Assembly (NCBI GenBank): GCA_027604505.1
Contig: JADIIX010000040.1
Span: 124,001 to 167,954 of the forward strand
DNA length: 43,954 nt
Direction: 5' to 3'
From: Gonapodya sp. JEL0774
Taxonomy: Eukaryota
Below are positions 24,695 to 37,621 of the stretch, in pieces. Position numbers and translations under genes: made by a program. Position 1 is the first letter of the stretch. The number at the start of each line of letters is the position of its first letter. The notes beneath the pieces are model-generated. The model was not told where the DNA came from, ran no database searches, and was given only the letters and a program-made list of their open reading frames with translations.

Positions 24695-25810
24695 TTATGC
24701 ATTTGAGCCCACTGGTAGCTCTGTGAGAGAGAGGTCATCGAGTTGGAGGTTCTCCGCAGGGTCGAGGCGGCGGTTTACCGGGCGGTAGAGGCGACGGATT
24801 GTTTGAATCTTTATTAGAGTCTCGTAGTCTGGTGCATTGATCGTGACAGCCTACCAGATCCTCGCGTCAGGAGGTAACGACAAGAGACACCTCCTACATG
24901 GCATGAACCTTCAAACTATCATAGATCATACCAGCAGCTTCTCGCTTACCATTTTTCGTTCGTTTCCTCCACACTTGTATTGCTCCACCAGTTTTTCAGA
25001 ACCGTGAAAGCCGGACCGAACTCGAGTAATGCTGTGGTCCGGAATGAGTCATGATTGAAGTATGTTTAACCTCGTTGGTACAAGCTTGACGTCTAGATAC
25101 GAGTGTTCTGCCATGGCACCAAGAGCCATCAATGTGACACCAGCTTTGAGAGGGATGAGTTGAGCTTGATCGTGCGATCCACCTTCGGGGAAAATGCCCA
25201 AGGCCCCTCCTTGGAACAGATGAGCACGAGGAGCTGCAAAGACGAGGGCTCGATCTATCTGAGGACTTGTAAACACAACAAGTTATCCGGGAGAGAGCAA
25301 ACATAGAGATGAGATACATGAGGGGACTTGAACAGAAGAATCTTTTACGAACGTAATTTTAAAAGTCGTCCCCGTTGCGAGAAGGTCATATGACTCGGAA
25401 TCTCGAAATGGCCCTTTCAATGAAGCTTCTGTATCGCTCACAACGAACGTCAACTTCGGCGCTGTCAGTGTTTCCGAGTGTAACCAGACACCTCGGTGCG
25501 AGCTGCGTCTTGAAAATGGTACCTCGCCCATGCAAGGTTGTGGGTTGTCCCGATGCAGCAAAGAGGATTCCTTGCCCTCTTTTCACACAATCTTGATGGC
25601 GTTTTACTGGAATTACACCTGTCAGTCTGGCGAGGACTCCCAGATAAACTTTATCCAAAGAAGCTTTCGCGGCAATGAGACCAATTCTCCTGGGAGACTT
25701 CGCGACAAGAAGCAATGCGTCCATGAATTGATTGCCGTGAGGGCCACAAAAGAAGATCACTGGACCCCAAGGTGGTATGTGTCGAACTCCGCGTACAGTG
25801 GTTGTTGCCA
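24695..25810 (-). pseudogene. Frameshifted, truncated paralog of the SCT1/GPT2 acyltransferase
   Basis: Contains VRGVRHIPPWGPVIFFCGPHGNQFMD, IFPEGGSHDQAQLIPLKAGVTLMALGAMA and APDYETLIKIQTIRRLYRP. Homology to the intact copy switches frame near 25450, 25066 and 24997. No recognisable N-terminus or C-terminal TM region. Confidence 0.85.
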
Positions 25811-25994
25811 ATGAGGGTGAATGTCAGTCTCACAATGATCGGTAGAGATGACAAATATGCAATAAAACTGTAGAAATGATTAAAACTCCTGGTATTGTGT
25901 GAACTGAATGCGCCTTAGCACTGCGTCTCCTTCGCACTTATTCTGGAAAGAATTTGCAATAGTTATCTAGAATCTGGTAATAAGGTTAAGTATA

Positions 25995-26567
25995 CCATGA
26001 TCGAACGGCCACCCAAAAACTGAATTCTGTTTCACTCATTTATTTTCAATTCCCCATGCTTTCCCCCAAAATGAGTAAATAGTGCAAAAGAACATGTCGA
26101 AATTCCAAAATATTTCGTTTTCGATGTTGAGGGTCAAAGGTGATGGCTCGGGCACCGCCTCTCCCTTCAAACCCCAAGTATGAGCACCGTCGTCGCTTAT
26201 CGCGACCGCTCGGGTACCGATTTGCTTCCGACATTTCGGAATTCTTCGCTTGGAGAGGCCTTGCTTGTTTCCGAATTTTTCAATTGGATCGGGCTGCTCT
26301 CTGCGTGTGGAGTAGTATGCTAGCACCCTCTAGTGGCCAAGTATCTGCGCATCCGTAGATACACGGAGCTGGTACAGCTCTCCACACGTTGCAGAGAGGG
26401 AGATCGGACCTGGTCAGTTTTGTGTTGATTTTCGTTGCACTTCGCACACATTATTTTCTCGCTTAATCTTTTTCTCGATTTTCGCACAGAAAACGGAAGT
26501 TTACACGATAAATAAATGAAATGGAATCCGCAATAATGTTGAAAAGCTGTTGGCCGTTTGACCATGG
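25995..26567. mobile_element. Putative non-autonomous DNA transposon (MITE-like), about 573 bp
   Basis: Imperfect 17-bp terminal inverted repeats CCATGATCGAACGGCCA (25995-26011) and TGGCCGTTTGACCATGG (26551-26567), 15/17 match. Interior is AT-richer with no recognisable protein; flanks contain TA/TTA. Confidence 0.5.
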
Positions 26568-26899
26568 GTTAGTTAAGCAAGTTAATTAGTATTTTGTGGG
26601 ATTTTGTCCAGAGCTGAAAACATGTTTATGACTTATAGGTTCACACGTTGTTGTTTGTTTCTACTCGCAGTTTGAAGCGATTTTACTCCATAGCAGAAGG
26701 ATGTCCGCTCTTACGCCCAATGGTTCTTCCCCCCTTTTCCTTCCCCCTTACGACCCCTTCACCCTCTTCTGGCATTTCGGTGTTTTGGGGCGTTTTGATT
26801 TTTAGATGCTCTGGTGTTGCTGCTTCCCCCCACACAAATTTTAGGACAAGTGGCCAGTGCTCTTGTGATAGCAAGGAGATCAAGCTTCGGCACAACACA

Positions 26900-28861
26900 A
26901 TGGCCGCATTAGGACGGGTTCTGTTGTCTCCTTCTGCCTATGGACTCGGTTCCACGCCTGCCATCGGCCTTGGAATGGCTGTTTCGGGCCCTGCTGCAGT
27001 GGTGAGCGCGAGAGTAAGTACTCACGGGTTGTGTCACAAACCCATCTGCCAGGAGTCATGGAAAGAAATGGGAAGCGAATAAATTGCTTTACTACCAAGT
27101 CGATCATAATTTCTTTTTCGGGAGCTCGCCTTCAATTCATCTCACGCTTGACATCCCTTCCCTCATACTCAGCGATCGCAATCCGACCTCACCGTCCGAC
27201 CGTCCAATGGCCAAATTTTCCTCCGAAAAGGTCCCGGTGGCAGGTCGTCTGCGAGCGGTCATGTTGCAACTACCTACGGCTGCACGGGTTTCTTGGGAAG
27301 ATATCTGGTCCACCGTTTGGCTCGAAACGGCAGTCAAGTTGTTGCAGCCTACAGGGGATCGGAGTACGACCACAGACATCTGAAGCTTGGTGGTGACCTG
27401 GGCATGGTGGTTCATCAGGTGTGTTCGTGAAAGTCGCGCATTTGAACGGATGTCCTTGGACACCCGACCATGAGTACCAGAAAGCTGCTTCGATAGTATC
27501 ACCTTGACCAAGCGCCTGTCTCCTTAAATTTTTGTGGTTAATCTCACACTGAGGATGGTTGTCCCTTCGCAGTTCTTCCAACCCCGTGACGAAGACTCCA
27601 TCGTCGAAACCTTGCGGAACTCGGATATAGTGTACAACCTTATAGGCCGAGACTACACTACAAAGTGAATGCTGCTCGTTTGTTAGCCTCATGGTGTGAT
27701 GCTGAATCTCCTTGTTGTTTCAATGCAAGAAACTTCACATTCGAAGAGACTCACATCGATATTCCGCGCCGAATTGCCCGCCTCGCCCGCCAGAATGGTG
27801 TCTCTAAATTCGTCCACGTCTCTGCGCTGAACGCTGCAGAGGATTCACCCAGTCGTTTTCTGAGCACGAAGGTGAGCGCACTGGTAGGCGCGGTGAACGT
27901 GGTTTGACGGTTAATGTGCACACGAATGCAGTGGCTTGGAGAGCAAGCGGTTCGAGAGGAATTCCCAGACGCCACGATTGTGCGACCAGCGACTATGTAC
28001 GGCCCTGAGGACAAGTTCTTCAATCGATACGGCAGTGGGTTTGTGCATATTTGCATTGGTCGCGAACGGACGTTTTTGAAACTTACATGTGTTTTGTAAA
28101 TGGAATGCGATAGCCTACATGGTGTTCTGGCGTGCAATCCAGCTCGCCAAGAATGGCCAACAAAAAATTCGTCCCATTTACGTGAGTGTGTCATCGAAGC
28201 ACCAATTTCGTCCACAGCGTTCCTCAGTGGTTCGGAGCGCCTGATTGTAATGTGTTTTAGGTGGGGGATGTCGCCGATGCACTGGAATCTATCCTCCGTA
28301 ACGAGGCAGCGACAGGAGAGATAGTCGAACTCACTGGCAGCCAGGAGTTCACTCTGCGCCAAGTCCTTGACGTCATGATTGAGCTGACGCACCGAAACCC
28401 GTTGGTCGTGACTCTGCCGAAAGCTATCATCAAGTATGGGAAATCTCTGTTTGATGAAGGCTCAGATGCTTCGTATCTCATGCTGTGATAATTTTGAAGG
28501 GCACAAGCTTCCGTGTGGGATGCGATCTCTGTACTCCCCATCATTACTCCAGACGAGGTGGAACGTGTATGTATTAATACTTCGTCGAAGTCCTGAGTAC
28601 TATTAACTTTGTGGCATGTCTTCCCACAGTTGACTATCGACGATCGCCTGACTCCTGGTACTCTAAGGTCTGTTGACTTGGGTGTTGAACCGCAAAAGCT
28701 TGGCGACCTTATGATTCGGTTTATGCGAATGTACCGAACGAGTGAATGGGCGGACAACGTGAGTACACTTCTTCAAACCTTTGTGTCTTCTATTGACTGG
28801 CCTCCTCTCCTAGCCGTGGGAACCGATCACTGCTAAGCTCTCAAATGTTCCGAAGGCCTAA
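26900..28861 (+). CDS. NDUFA9: NADH:ubiquinone oxidoreductase 39/40-kDa subunit (complex I)
   Basis: Transit-like N-terminus, GPGGRSSASGHVAT-YGCTGFLGRY, SDIVYNLIGRDY, FVHVSALNA, EFPDATIVRPATMYGPEDKFFN, and VGDVADALE. Ends ...NVPKA* at 28859-28861. Confidence 0.95.
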
Positions 28862-29012
28862 CAATGCTGATCGATTATAGGAATAACGTAGGAGTGTACA
28901 GACTTTGTCGTGCTCTGAAATATACATATCGTACGACGTTATCGAACATGAGGGTAAAATGCTACCATCAAAGAGATTGGGTATCGTTGCGTAGATGGTT
29001 GTTGATAATGAA

Positions 29013-32000
29013 TCAGAGTTCGACCACAATCGGGGAAGCCTTCTCCAGCTGTCGTTCCTTGCTCATTTTCTCAATGATACGGATGATCTCTTTGCGCTTT
29101 TCCGGTACCTCCTTCTGGTCAAACCAGCGCCTCTTCAGCTCCATCGAGTTAGATCGAGGATGTGCTTTAGAGTACTGTGCGTAAGTGGTGAGTACAATGA
29201 ACAGCACACCAACCGGGTACGAGAGAGTTAGTTCTTACCAAGAGCAGAGTCAGGTAAGTGTCAGGGTCGCCAAGGATCTTTTCAATGTACATGAGGAGCT
29301 TTGAGACGGAAGGAAATCAGAGCCGCTCTTCCCATCGTACTGACATAAAAACTCACAAAAACCTGGAAGAGATGCGATGAAAGAATTTGATTATTAAGCA
29401 TGGGAAATTTGAAACGGTTACCATCAGCGCTTACCCCACAATCCCAGTGATTTGCCTGCAAAGGCATGCCCTGACACAACGAAAAAATGTTCACGGAGAG
29501 AAACTCTGGAGGCTTAACATTGCTCAAACCTTCGCGATTATCCGATTTGCTTTTGCACTGTTGATGCTGAGTTGCTTCTTGGTCTGGGCTTCGACTTCAA
29601 GATATCTTCAGAGCCATAAAATGTCCAAAGACATTCAAAAGATTCATTCGGTTGTATGTCAGCTGATTACGACTCACCTCTGGATCGTCATGAGCACGGA
29701 ATCTCGGCTGGTGGAAAGAGAGTCCAAGGCCACTATGTACGGACTGAAAGACATGACGACACGAAAAATGAGATCCATCGCACGAAAACTAGTCTCAAAT
29801 GTGCTACTACAGACGCGTTACGTTTGTTCTCCCCCAGCTCCATCTGGAGGAACCGTTCTATTCTTCCAGCGCTCTTCTGCCTCGTCTTTCCTTTCGGCTG
29901 CGCAGGTTTCACGGATTTCTTCATCTTTGCGCTGGAAGACGAGTGGGATATTAGAGGGTCGGGAGATGAACGGGGGCTTGATAGTTCTGCTGATGGAACT
30001 GAGTGGGCGTCATCGGAAGCGTGAGTCTCTGCCCAACCATCAGGTGACCTGCTCCAATTTGCCAAACTTGACCCAGGGACTGCACTCTTCTGAGGTTCTT
30101 GTATCGTGGCGGGTTGCTCTGCAAAGTCACTTTCATCCTCGACATCCAAATTCATCATGACACCCGAGTTGGACACACTCTCAACACGGTTATGAAAATC
30201 AGTCGAGAAGGGAGGAAGACTTTCATGGTCGTCATCTGTAACTGCTGCAACATCATCCGCGTTCTCCTCTTCCACATCAGACGAGCCGTCAATATTGATT
30301 ACAGCGACTTCACTTTTGTTCGGTATTGTGTTCTCCGACTCTGAATCGTCCGAGCGCTCAGAAATATCAATCGCTCGCGATATGTCAGCACCTTCGAGTA
30401 GCGCACCAGGATTGAACACAACAACGCAATACCAATGCAAACTGTGATGAAGATGTCGGCTTCACCATGTCCCAGCAAATGATAAATCAAGCAAAAACAG
30501 GATCGTAACTCACTACTCATTTATGGGCACCAACAAAATTTTTTTGCTGAAGATGTCCACCTTCGATGTCCACTTTGCAACGCGCTTGTGCATCGCGTGT
30601 TTGTCGGAACTCGAGTCTGATGTTAGAGACTGATAAAAGAAGCTATTGAAGATGTGAACATCATCTTTCTTCAAATTCGAGGATTTGGGAAGGTTTTGGA
30701 CGAGGTATCTGTGTGGGCACAGTTATCTCAGCACAAGTCAACCAGAACAGGTGCTAACCAAAAAGTAAAACACAAACTTCAGATAAAATTCAATGACCGA
30801 ATCATTAAGAAATTCATTGGGTTGGAGACGCAGCAGGTCGTCGCTATGAAGAACCACCTTTTCATAAACAAGAAGCTCCTTTGCAGGGCCCTTTGTTATT
30901 GGTGGGGGGCTTGGGGAAGGCGAAGAGGAAGGTTCTATGTAACTTTTGGATCTGGTGCTTCTCGTTGACCTATGCATTTCAACATGAGTCAGGAATCTCC
31001 CAAATCCATTAATGGTTCTCACATCTGTCTTCGCGGCTCCGTAGTAATTGAGGTGATTGAAAGCAATGTGGTCGCCCTACGCGTGATCGCCATAATCAGA
31101 CTTGCGTCCATTTGAACTGACAGTACCCACCCGACTCACCGACTCGAAGATTTTATGTCCTCATCATCCTCATACATCCGCCTCTTCCGCTTCGGTGGGC
31201 TAGTTTTTTGGTCGATGAAATGCTTGGACTCCTCCCTTGGTTCCAAACTTGTGGTGTATTCTGGGTCGGTACTGCGGTTCCAGAGATTGGAGAATGGGGA
31301 CGATTTCTTTGCCGGACGCGGGGGCTCCCTTTCCCTCTCAAGAAGTTCATCCCAATAGGACTCAGGAGTTGATAGTCTGATCACACGTTCGAGCTCTTCC
31401 TTTAGTTTGACGAGGCGGTTTGGATTATTGCTGAAGTGATGATGAGTAGGAGAATCATCAGCTTTTATGAGAAACACTACACCCACACTTGTTCTTTGAG
31501 CTTGCCGGTCCAAGATGAGAAGTCTTTTATCTGAATTATAAAGGCTTGAGCTGCATCCTTTTCCGAAGCTAGGAGGATGATTTGCCCCTTTCTACAGATC
31601 CGGTCAGCAGAATCTGGAGATACAGCGTGGACGATTGTTGAAGGCAGTCAGTCATAGAGAAGAAGGAAGAAACCAACCTGGGGCATAGTGTGAAACAAAG
31701 TTTTCGAGCCGGCGTTTGGTTGTCAACATTAACATCGAAGGTTCTTCGCGAAACACCTGAAACGAGATTTCAATACTCAATTCATCCTGGAACATACAGC
31801 AATTCACTGACCTCAAGATGCCGGACATTTTCCACTTCGATTTCCAGTTTCGAAGTACCGTACATGATAAGAACTTGCCTCTCATTGATGGACACCGTAA
31901 GGGGTTCTCCGACTAAAGTCTTATTGCCCACACATGCATTTTGCAAGTTTATTCCAGGTGTTAGCGGAGGAGCGGCTCGTTTTGGCGGAGGTTGCCCGTT

Positions 32001-32655
32001 CTACGTCCCACGGCACATAGCTCGAGATTGCAACAAGAGCACTTTCCCCAGCTCGTCCCGACTCACCTTCGTTTTCATTTTATCCGTCAGCTTTTGTCTC
32101 GGCGGCACAGTGTACTGCGCAATGGGGTCGGACGAGTCGTCGTCGTCCTCTTCCACAGCAATGGGGTCGTCTGCCCGCTCGCCGAACCCGACACTCGAGC
32201 GCTCGCTGGGCCCCCGTCGAGTGGGTGGTCGCTCGGAGTTACTGTTCTTACTAATGCTCCGAGGTTGAGGAGCACTAGAAGGTGGGTTGGGTGGTCTTCC
32301 GAAAAACTTCGTGCTCAAGTCTCGATAACCCATTGATGTGAGTCCCAACTCGCATTGGAGACAAAGTAGTTCCCTCGAAAGAGCTCACCCGAATCAGCAA
32401 TTTGTAGATTCATCACAGCATTCCTGGAGTTGCTAGCAGAGTGGGTTGGTCCCTCCAGCCGGCCTCGCCCACCACCCCGCCCACCACCACGGACCCCCAG
32501 CTGATTCGACGGATTCCTGCCCTGATGCTACCCATAGGCCATCACGAGACCATTTCATTTGTGATTCGATTGAAGGCGGAAAGAAAACACCGGTTATCTC
32601 ACTTGTGAGTAATATGGTGACGATACGCTCCCCTTCGCAGCTCTGCTTTGCCCAT
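29013..32655 (-). CDS. ULP2/SENP6-7-like SUMO protease (peptidase C48); start uncertain
   Basis: DLLRLQPNEFLNDSVIEFYLK, HIFNSFFYQSL, KWTSKVDIFSKK-LLVPINE, catalytic HWY, and catalytic PLQANHWDCG, after a long disordered N-terminus. Confidence 0.88.
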
Positions 32656-33083
32656 TTGGAGCAGGAGGATCCCGCCCCGGGATTGGGATAAAAAAAGGTG
32701 GTCCCGGCCAATCTGGTTTATGGTCATATTTGGACATTGCAACGAAGAGCGTGGTGTGGACCTCACGACGGCAGACTACACCACTTCACATACAGTACAT
32801 TGTGACTTCGCTCCAAAAAGCCCCCAGGAAATGCAAACTGGTAAACACAAACATGAAAAATACAACACGCAGGCGCTTTGACTCAATGCGACCAAAACCG
32901 AATTCAATTGCTCTGATTGGTTCAATTCACTCCGTTACGCTGTCCAAAAAATGTCCAAAATCATCTCATCTCGTTGCCCTCGTCATCCCCAAAGATGCAA
33001 ACAAAAAGCAACCTTCTCCGGACTAAGTCCAATGTGCAGCCACCCTGCCAACCACTCGCAGCACCCGAGTCACCAGCAGATTC

Positions 33084-36000
33084 TCACCCAAAGATCCCTG
33101 CAATCACCGCCCTGCCCATCCGCTCCCCGTCCCTCACCTCTGGATGGGCCGCCAACCACTCTTCGACCGCCTGGGCCGCAGCCTCGGCGCGTACTTGGTC
33201 GTCGTTTTCGCGCTCGTAAAGGCCGCACTGGGTCATTGAGGAGGTTGCACTAGGGTGAATGGAAAAACTGCGGGCAACCCCGAAAAGGATACGCACCTTG
33301 TTGCATTGAGTGCATCTGCCACCCAAGGGACGGAAGTGGTTGCTGCAAAACAAGTCACCACTCTGTTCAAACCGGTAACGACACATCCAGGATCAGCTCT
33401 CACCCACCAAAAATGATTGTACTGCTCCTCACTGATATCCTTCCTGCATATATAACACATATGGTACCGACACTCTAAAGCGGAGGGAGGGGGTTACACA
33501 GTACGATCGAATATGGGGGTTGGTTCAGTGTCCACCATCGGGCCATCACCGATCGATGAGTTTCATTTCGTGGAAAGCAATGAAAAAAAGCTAATCACTA
33601 CGTACGTGGACATGTCATGTGACTGGAGGTGCACGAGACGAGATCGTGCGGTTCGTATGGAACAGGAGTGAAACGTGAGCCGAGAACAGGTGTTTCAATG
33701 GATCAAAGAGAAGAGGGGAGGGGGTACGTACTTGCACCCTTCAGTGGGAGCAACACATGTTGCAAAAGCGAGGGCGTTTGTGAGCGCGTGGTTGGTGGGG
33801 AACAAGGCGCACGCACCCCACTCACCGTCCAGTTTTGTGAACTGAATCTGGCATCTCGGACACTAGATGTAACAGGCCGAAAACAGACAACACAACAAAA
33901 AAAAATCAGGACACACGCACGAGACAGTCTGTTCCACCAACGACCCCAAACCCCACCCCCAAAACCACCCTCATCCCCCGCACGAACGCCCCGCCCCACC
34001 CCCCCACCCCCCTCCACCACCACCCACCGTCCTCATCAACGCCTGCGTCATCCTCCCCTCCACAAACCCCCTCAACCCCTCCTCCTCCCTCTCGTGACAC
34101 CTATGCCACCCGACCCACTCCCCGCCACACTCTCTGCAGGTCCTTTTCCCACACTGGGGGTTCCCACACCGCATCATCCTCGCAGGCCTGAGGGGTCTCG
34201 CACGGTGGAAACCGAGTACCCGCGAGACCACCGCGTGGAGACGGACGGGCAGGGCCACCACCGCGGCGCGGACGACGCGGGGGCCCAGGAGGGATGTCCA
34301 TATGGCCATGGTGAGGAGCAGGGTGGAGATTTCGAGGGGGGCGAACGGGCCAGCGAGGAAAAAGGCCAGCCACACGGTGGACGAGGCCCGTAGGTCCCAC
34401 AGGCGGTCGTTGCGGTCCGGGGGGCGGAGCAGAGCGTGGACCAGAGCCGGTGCGGGGAGGGGGTGCGGCGCGTGTGGTGGGGGACGGTGGGCCGCCGCCG
34501 GGGGGCCCATGGCGTGCGCGCCGAGGCGGGGATCCGGACCCGGACCTGCACCAGCCCACCCGACTGCCCTCCCGACCAACGTCATGATCCCCCGCCACCG
34601 CCACCTCTTCTTCTCCTCGTCCTCCCTCTCCCCGTCCACCTCTGCGTACCTACAAAACGGACACTTCACGTACGGCAGGCCCGCATCCCTCACGACCCCC
34701 TCGACGCACTGCGCCGCGTACTTCTCCAACACGTCTGGTTTCACACACCGAGCCACGGCGTCGTCGTCGAGGTCCTCGGAGCACCCCTCGATAGAGAAAC
34801 ACCGCAGGGCCCGCCCGTTGAGCCTGGCCTGCCCGAACAAGCCCTCGTGGACCTGTCTCTCCACACATCGGGTGCAAAACACGTGCGCGGCGGGACAGGC
34901 CACCACGTCTTCCCACGCTGAGTCCCCGAAACAACACGCACACTGAACGCCCTGCCCCTCCTCCTCGTACTGCCGACGGTTCACCTCTCGCGCCACCTCC
35001 GCATCCCTCGCCACGCCGTCCGCCCGCTCGTCCCTTTCCATGGCCTGCACGTCGCTGACCACCCCCGGATCCTCCACCTCGCCCACGCCACTCCTCTGCC
35101 TGAACCACTGTGCCAAAAACCCGGGCATCCACGACCGTCCGTCCATGGCCTTACACCTCGCGTGGGCCGTGCGGTAGTCGTTGTTGCATTCGGCAAGCAC
35201 CGCCCGGATGGTCGATTTGGCAAGACGGGGGTACGTGTTGTACAGGCGGTGCCGCGCCGAGCGTTGGTAGCTGGCCGGGCGGAACAGGTCGGCAGGGGTC
35301 AGAGGGGTGGGGTGCAGGCGGGTCGGGTAGGTCGGCGCGGGGCGGACGGGGATGGTGGTGGGGCGGGCGGCGGGACGGGGGGGCCGGGGGGCGATAGGGG
35401 GGAGGAGCTGGGAAGCGGGGGAGCGGGGGGGTCCGGGGCGTTGGGTCGGGGGTGGGGTTGTATCGGCGAGATGTGTGTTGGGGGTTTAGCGAATTACGAC
35501 ACGGTGAGTACCACTGTGACACCCCCAAGGACCCACTACTCTCCACCTCGGTACCTCGGCCGCACATGGCGTGGACTCCACGGTCATGGTCACGTGTGCG
35601 ACAGAGACCCAGACCCAGACCGCAGTCCGCAGACCGAGACTCCACGACCTAGGGTTCGATCCACGATCGACTGACACACCACGTCTACGTCTGCTGGTGA
35701 GACTGGTTCCAAGTTCCCCACTCCAGGCCCTAGGCCCACACGGCACCACACCACCACTCGCTGTGCCGGGGGGCCACACCTGTCCTGTTGTCTCGCGACA
35801 CATACCACACCAGTCACCCACACCCACACCCACGAGCTACAGCCTCCCCTTGTCCTACCAATCACCAATCGGCCAATCTGTTCCCGCCGTCACACGAAAC
35901 CCTTCTTGTCCCTTACCCCACAACCCCTCCCCACAACCGGCCCGCCCCCCCGGGAACCCACTACCACCTCCACCGCACGCCCCCGCCGGTCTACCCACCC

Positions 36001-37044
36001 TCTCCCCCACGGTCCACACCACGTTACAGGGTGTCTCGAGGATGCATTCTCGGAGGAAAGGTATGTCGGCGTCAGGGAAGACTTCGGAGAGGCTGGGGGG
36101 AGGGTTGGGAGGTTGGAAGAGGGAGGAGGGGTGAGTTGGTGAAGAACAAGGTACCATTTTGCTGTGGACGATGGGAAGAGCCCTCGTTGGCGGACCAACG
36201 TGAAGTTTCGGTCGTCCTGTGGTCCAGTCCTCCAGTCCTCCACGTACATTTCCGTGGGTTGCGGTGCTAAGAGCTTGGACAAGTGCGGAGTGGTTGGTTC
36301 CCGCGTGCTCAGTCACCCGTCTCGCCCCCAGGACCGAGTTCTCTCCACTCCTTCACATCCTCACCCTCTATGAAAAACGAAATGGGTAAACTAATCCATA
36401 TTTGCCCTTATGGCCGGCAAAGTTCAATCGCCTCCGGCGGACTCTGCCCGTCGCTGACGCTTGGGCGAGGGCCTCGCTGGCGCTGGCGCTCGGCCTGGTA
36501 CCCACATTTCCAGGTACGAGTTCCTGGCGTGGACGGACTTGAAGTCGCGACCGATGCCGGCGGCGAGGAGGACCGGGTAGGCAGTGAGGGGGCCTCTGTT
36601 GAGGTCGGTGGCGTTGACGGGGGAGGAGTGGGAGTGGGAGTGGGAGTAGGGGTTGGGGGGAGCAGAGGACGGGTTGGTGGGTCCGGTGGGTGTGGTGGTG
36701 TTGGATGAGAGAGACGAGGTCATGGGTGTACCACCGGTCGTCCTCCCGGTGTCTGCACCAGCTCCACCGTCACCACCAGCACCACCAGCACCACCAGCTC
36801 GACCAGGCCCCGTGCTCTCAGTCTCGTCGGTCCCCTCCGTCCCACTGACGGGGACAGGGATTGGGACTCTTGGATACTCTCCGGCATTGAGGACAGTGAG
36901 TTTTTCGACGATCCTTGCGGCGACGACGTCGGGCTGTGAGAGTTCGTAGGCGTTGAGGCACTCGTTGAGATAGACGGGGTCGATGTCGTTGAAAGCGTCC
37001 AGGATGTGTCTGAGAATGCGTTCGCGGACCGATGGAGTGGGCAT
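33084..37044 (-). CDS. RNF216/TRIAD3-like RBR E3 ubiquitin ligase with N-terminal CUE-like repeats
   Basis: CUE-like ILDAFNDIDPVYL and LSEVFPDADIPFL. RING1 CACCF...C..HVFCTRC...CFSIEGC. IBR CPFC...C.NPQC...CREC...HRC. Spliced RING2 CPRC...KLDGCNHMTCPQC...MCYICR. Confidence 0.9.
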
Positions 37045-37621
37045 GGGGTTGGAATGGGGGGGTGGGGGGCAATGGGGGAAATGGGGGACGTGGGCAGGGG
37101 AAAGGGGGAAAAGGGGAAGAATGGGAGCAGACTGTGGTGGACTGTGGGGGACTGTGGTGGACTGTGGTCGGCCGCGCGGGTCTCCTACAAATTGATTTAC
37201 CCGATATTCTCTCTCCCCAGCCCCGCTTCCACCACCGAATACCTTCCCCCACTCGCCACCCGCATTCCCCACCATTGTTTGTGAAGCCCGCTTTCAAGAA
37301 GCTCACCGGGCACTCAATGCGACAAGTGGAAAAGACAAAACTCAGCGATGTACTTAATAAAAACATTGTGCAGTCTCTCACAAAGGGCCATCTGGCTTCA
37401 TTATTCATACTGTCAACGCTTTCCCACTCTTTCGCTGGGCTTGTCTTGCAGTTCATCCTCCTTCTGATATTATTGTTCGGGAAGCACCCAATGTTTCCAC
37501 CATAGGTATTGCGTGGTAACAATACAATTGTATGCCAACACCGCTCTATTTCGGCTACATCTGCCGGATTGTTGCTTGGGAGGTTGTACATATGAAGAAA
37601 TCGTCGTGTGAATCATGCCCT

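Noticed and set aside
32728..32960. 10-bp inverted repeat TTTGGACATT/AATGTCCAAA and a small hairpin GTGGTGTGG/CTACACCAC
   Set aside because: Too short to separate from chance, and there is no target-site duplication.
35640..35670. GGTTCGATCC, resembling a tRNA T-loop or B-box
   Set aside because: No cloverleaf or acceptor stem can be formed around it, and it lies within the RBR gene.
33629..37505. Many long overlapping antisense or alternative-frame ORFs
   Set aside because: Expected from high GC content (few stop codons) over the RBR gene; the translations are low-complexity Pro/Gly/Arg.
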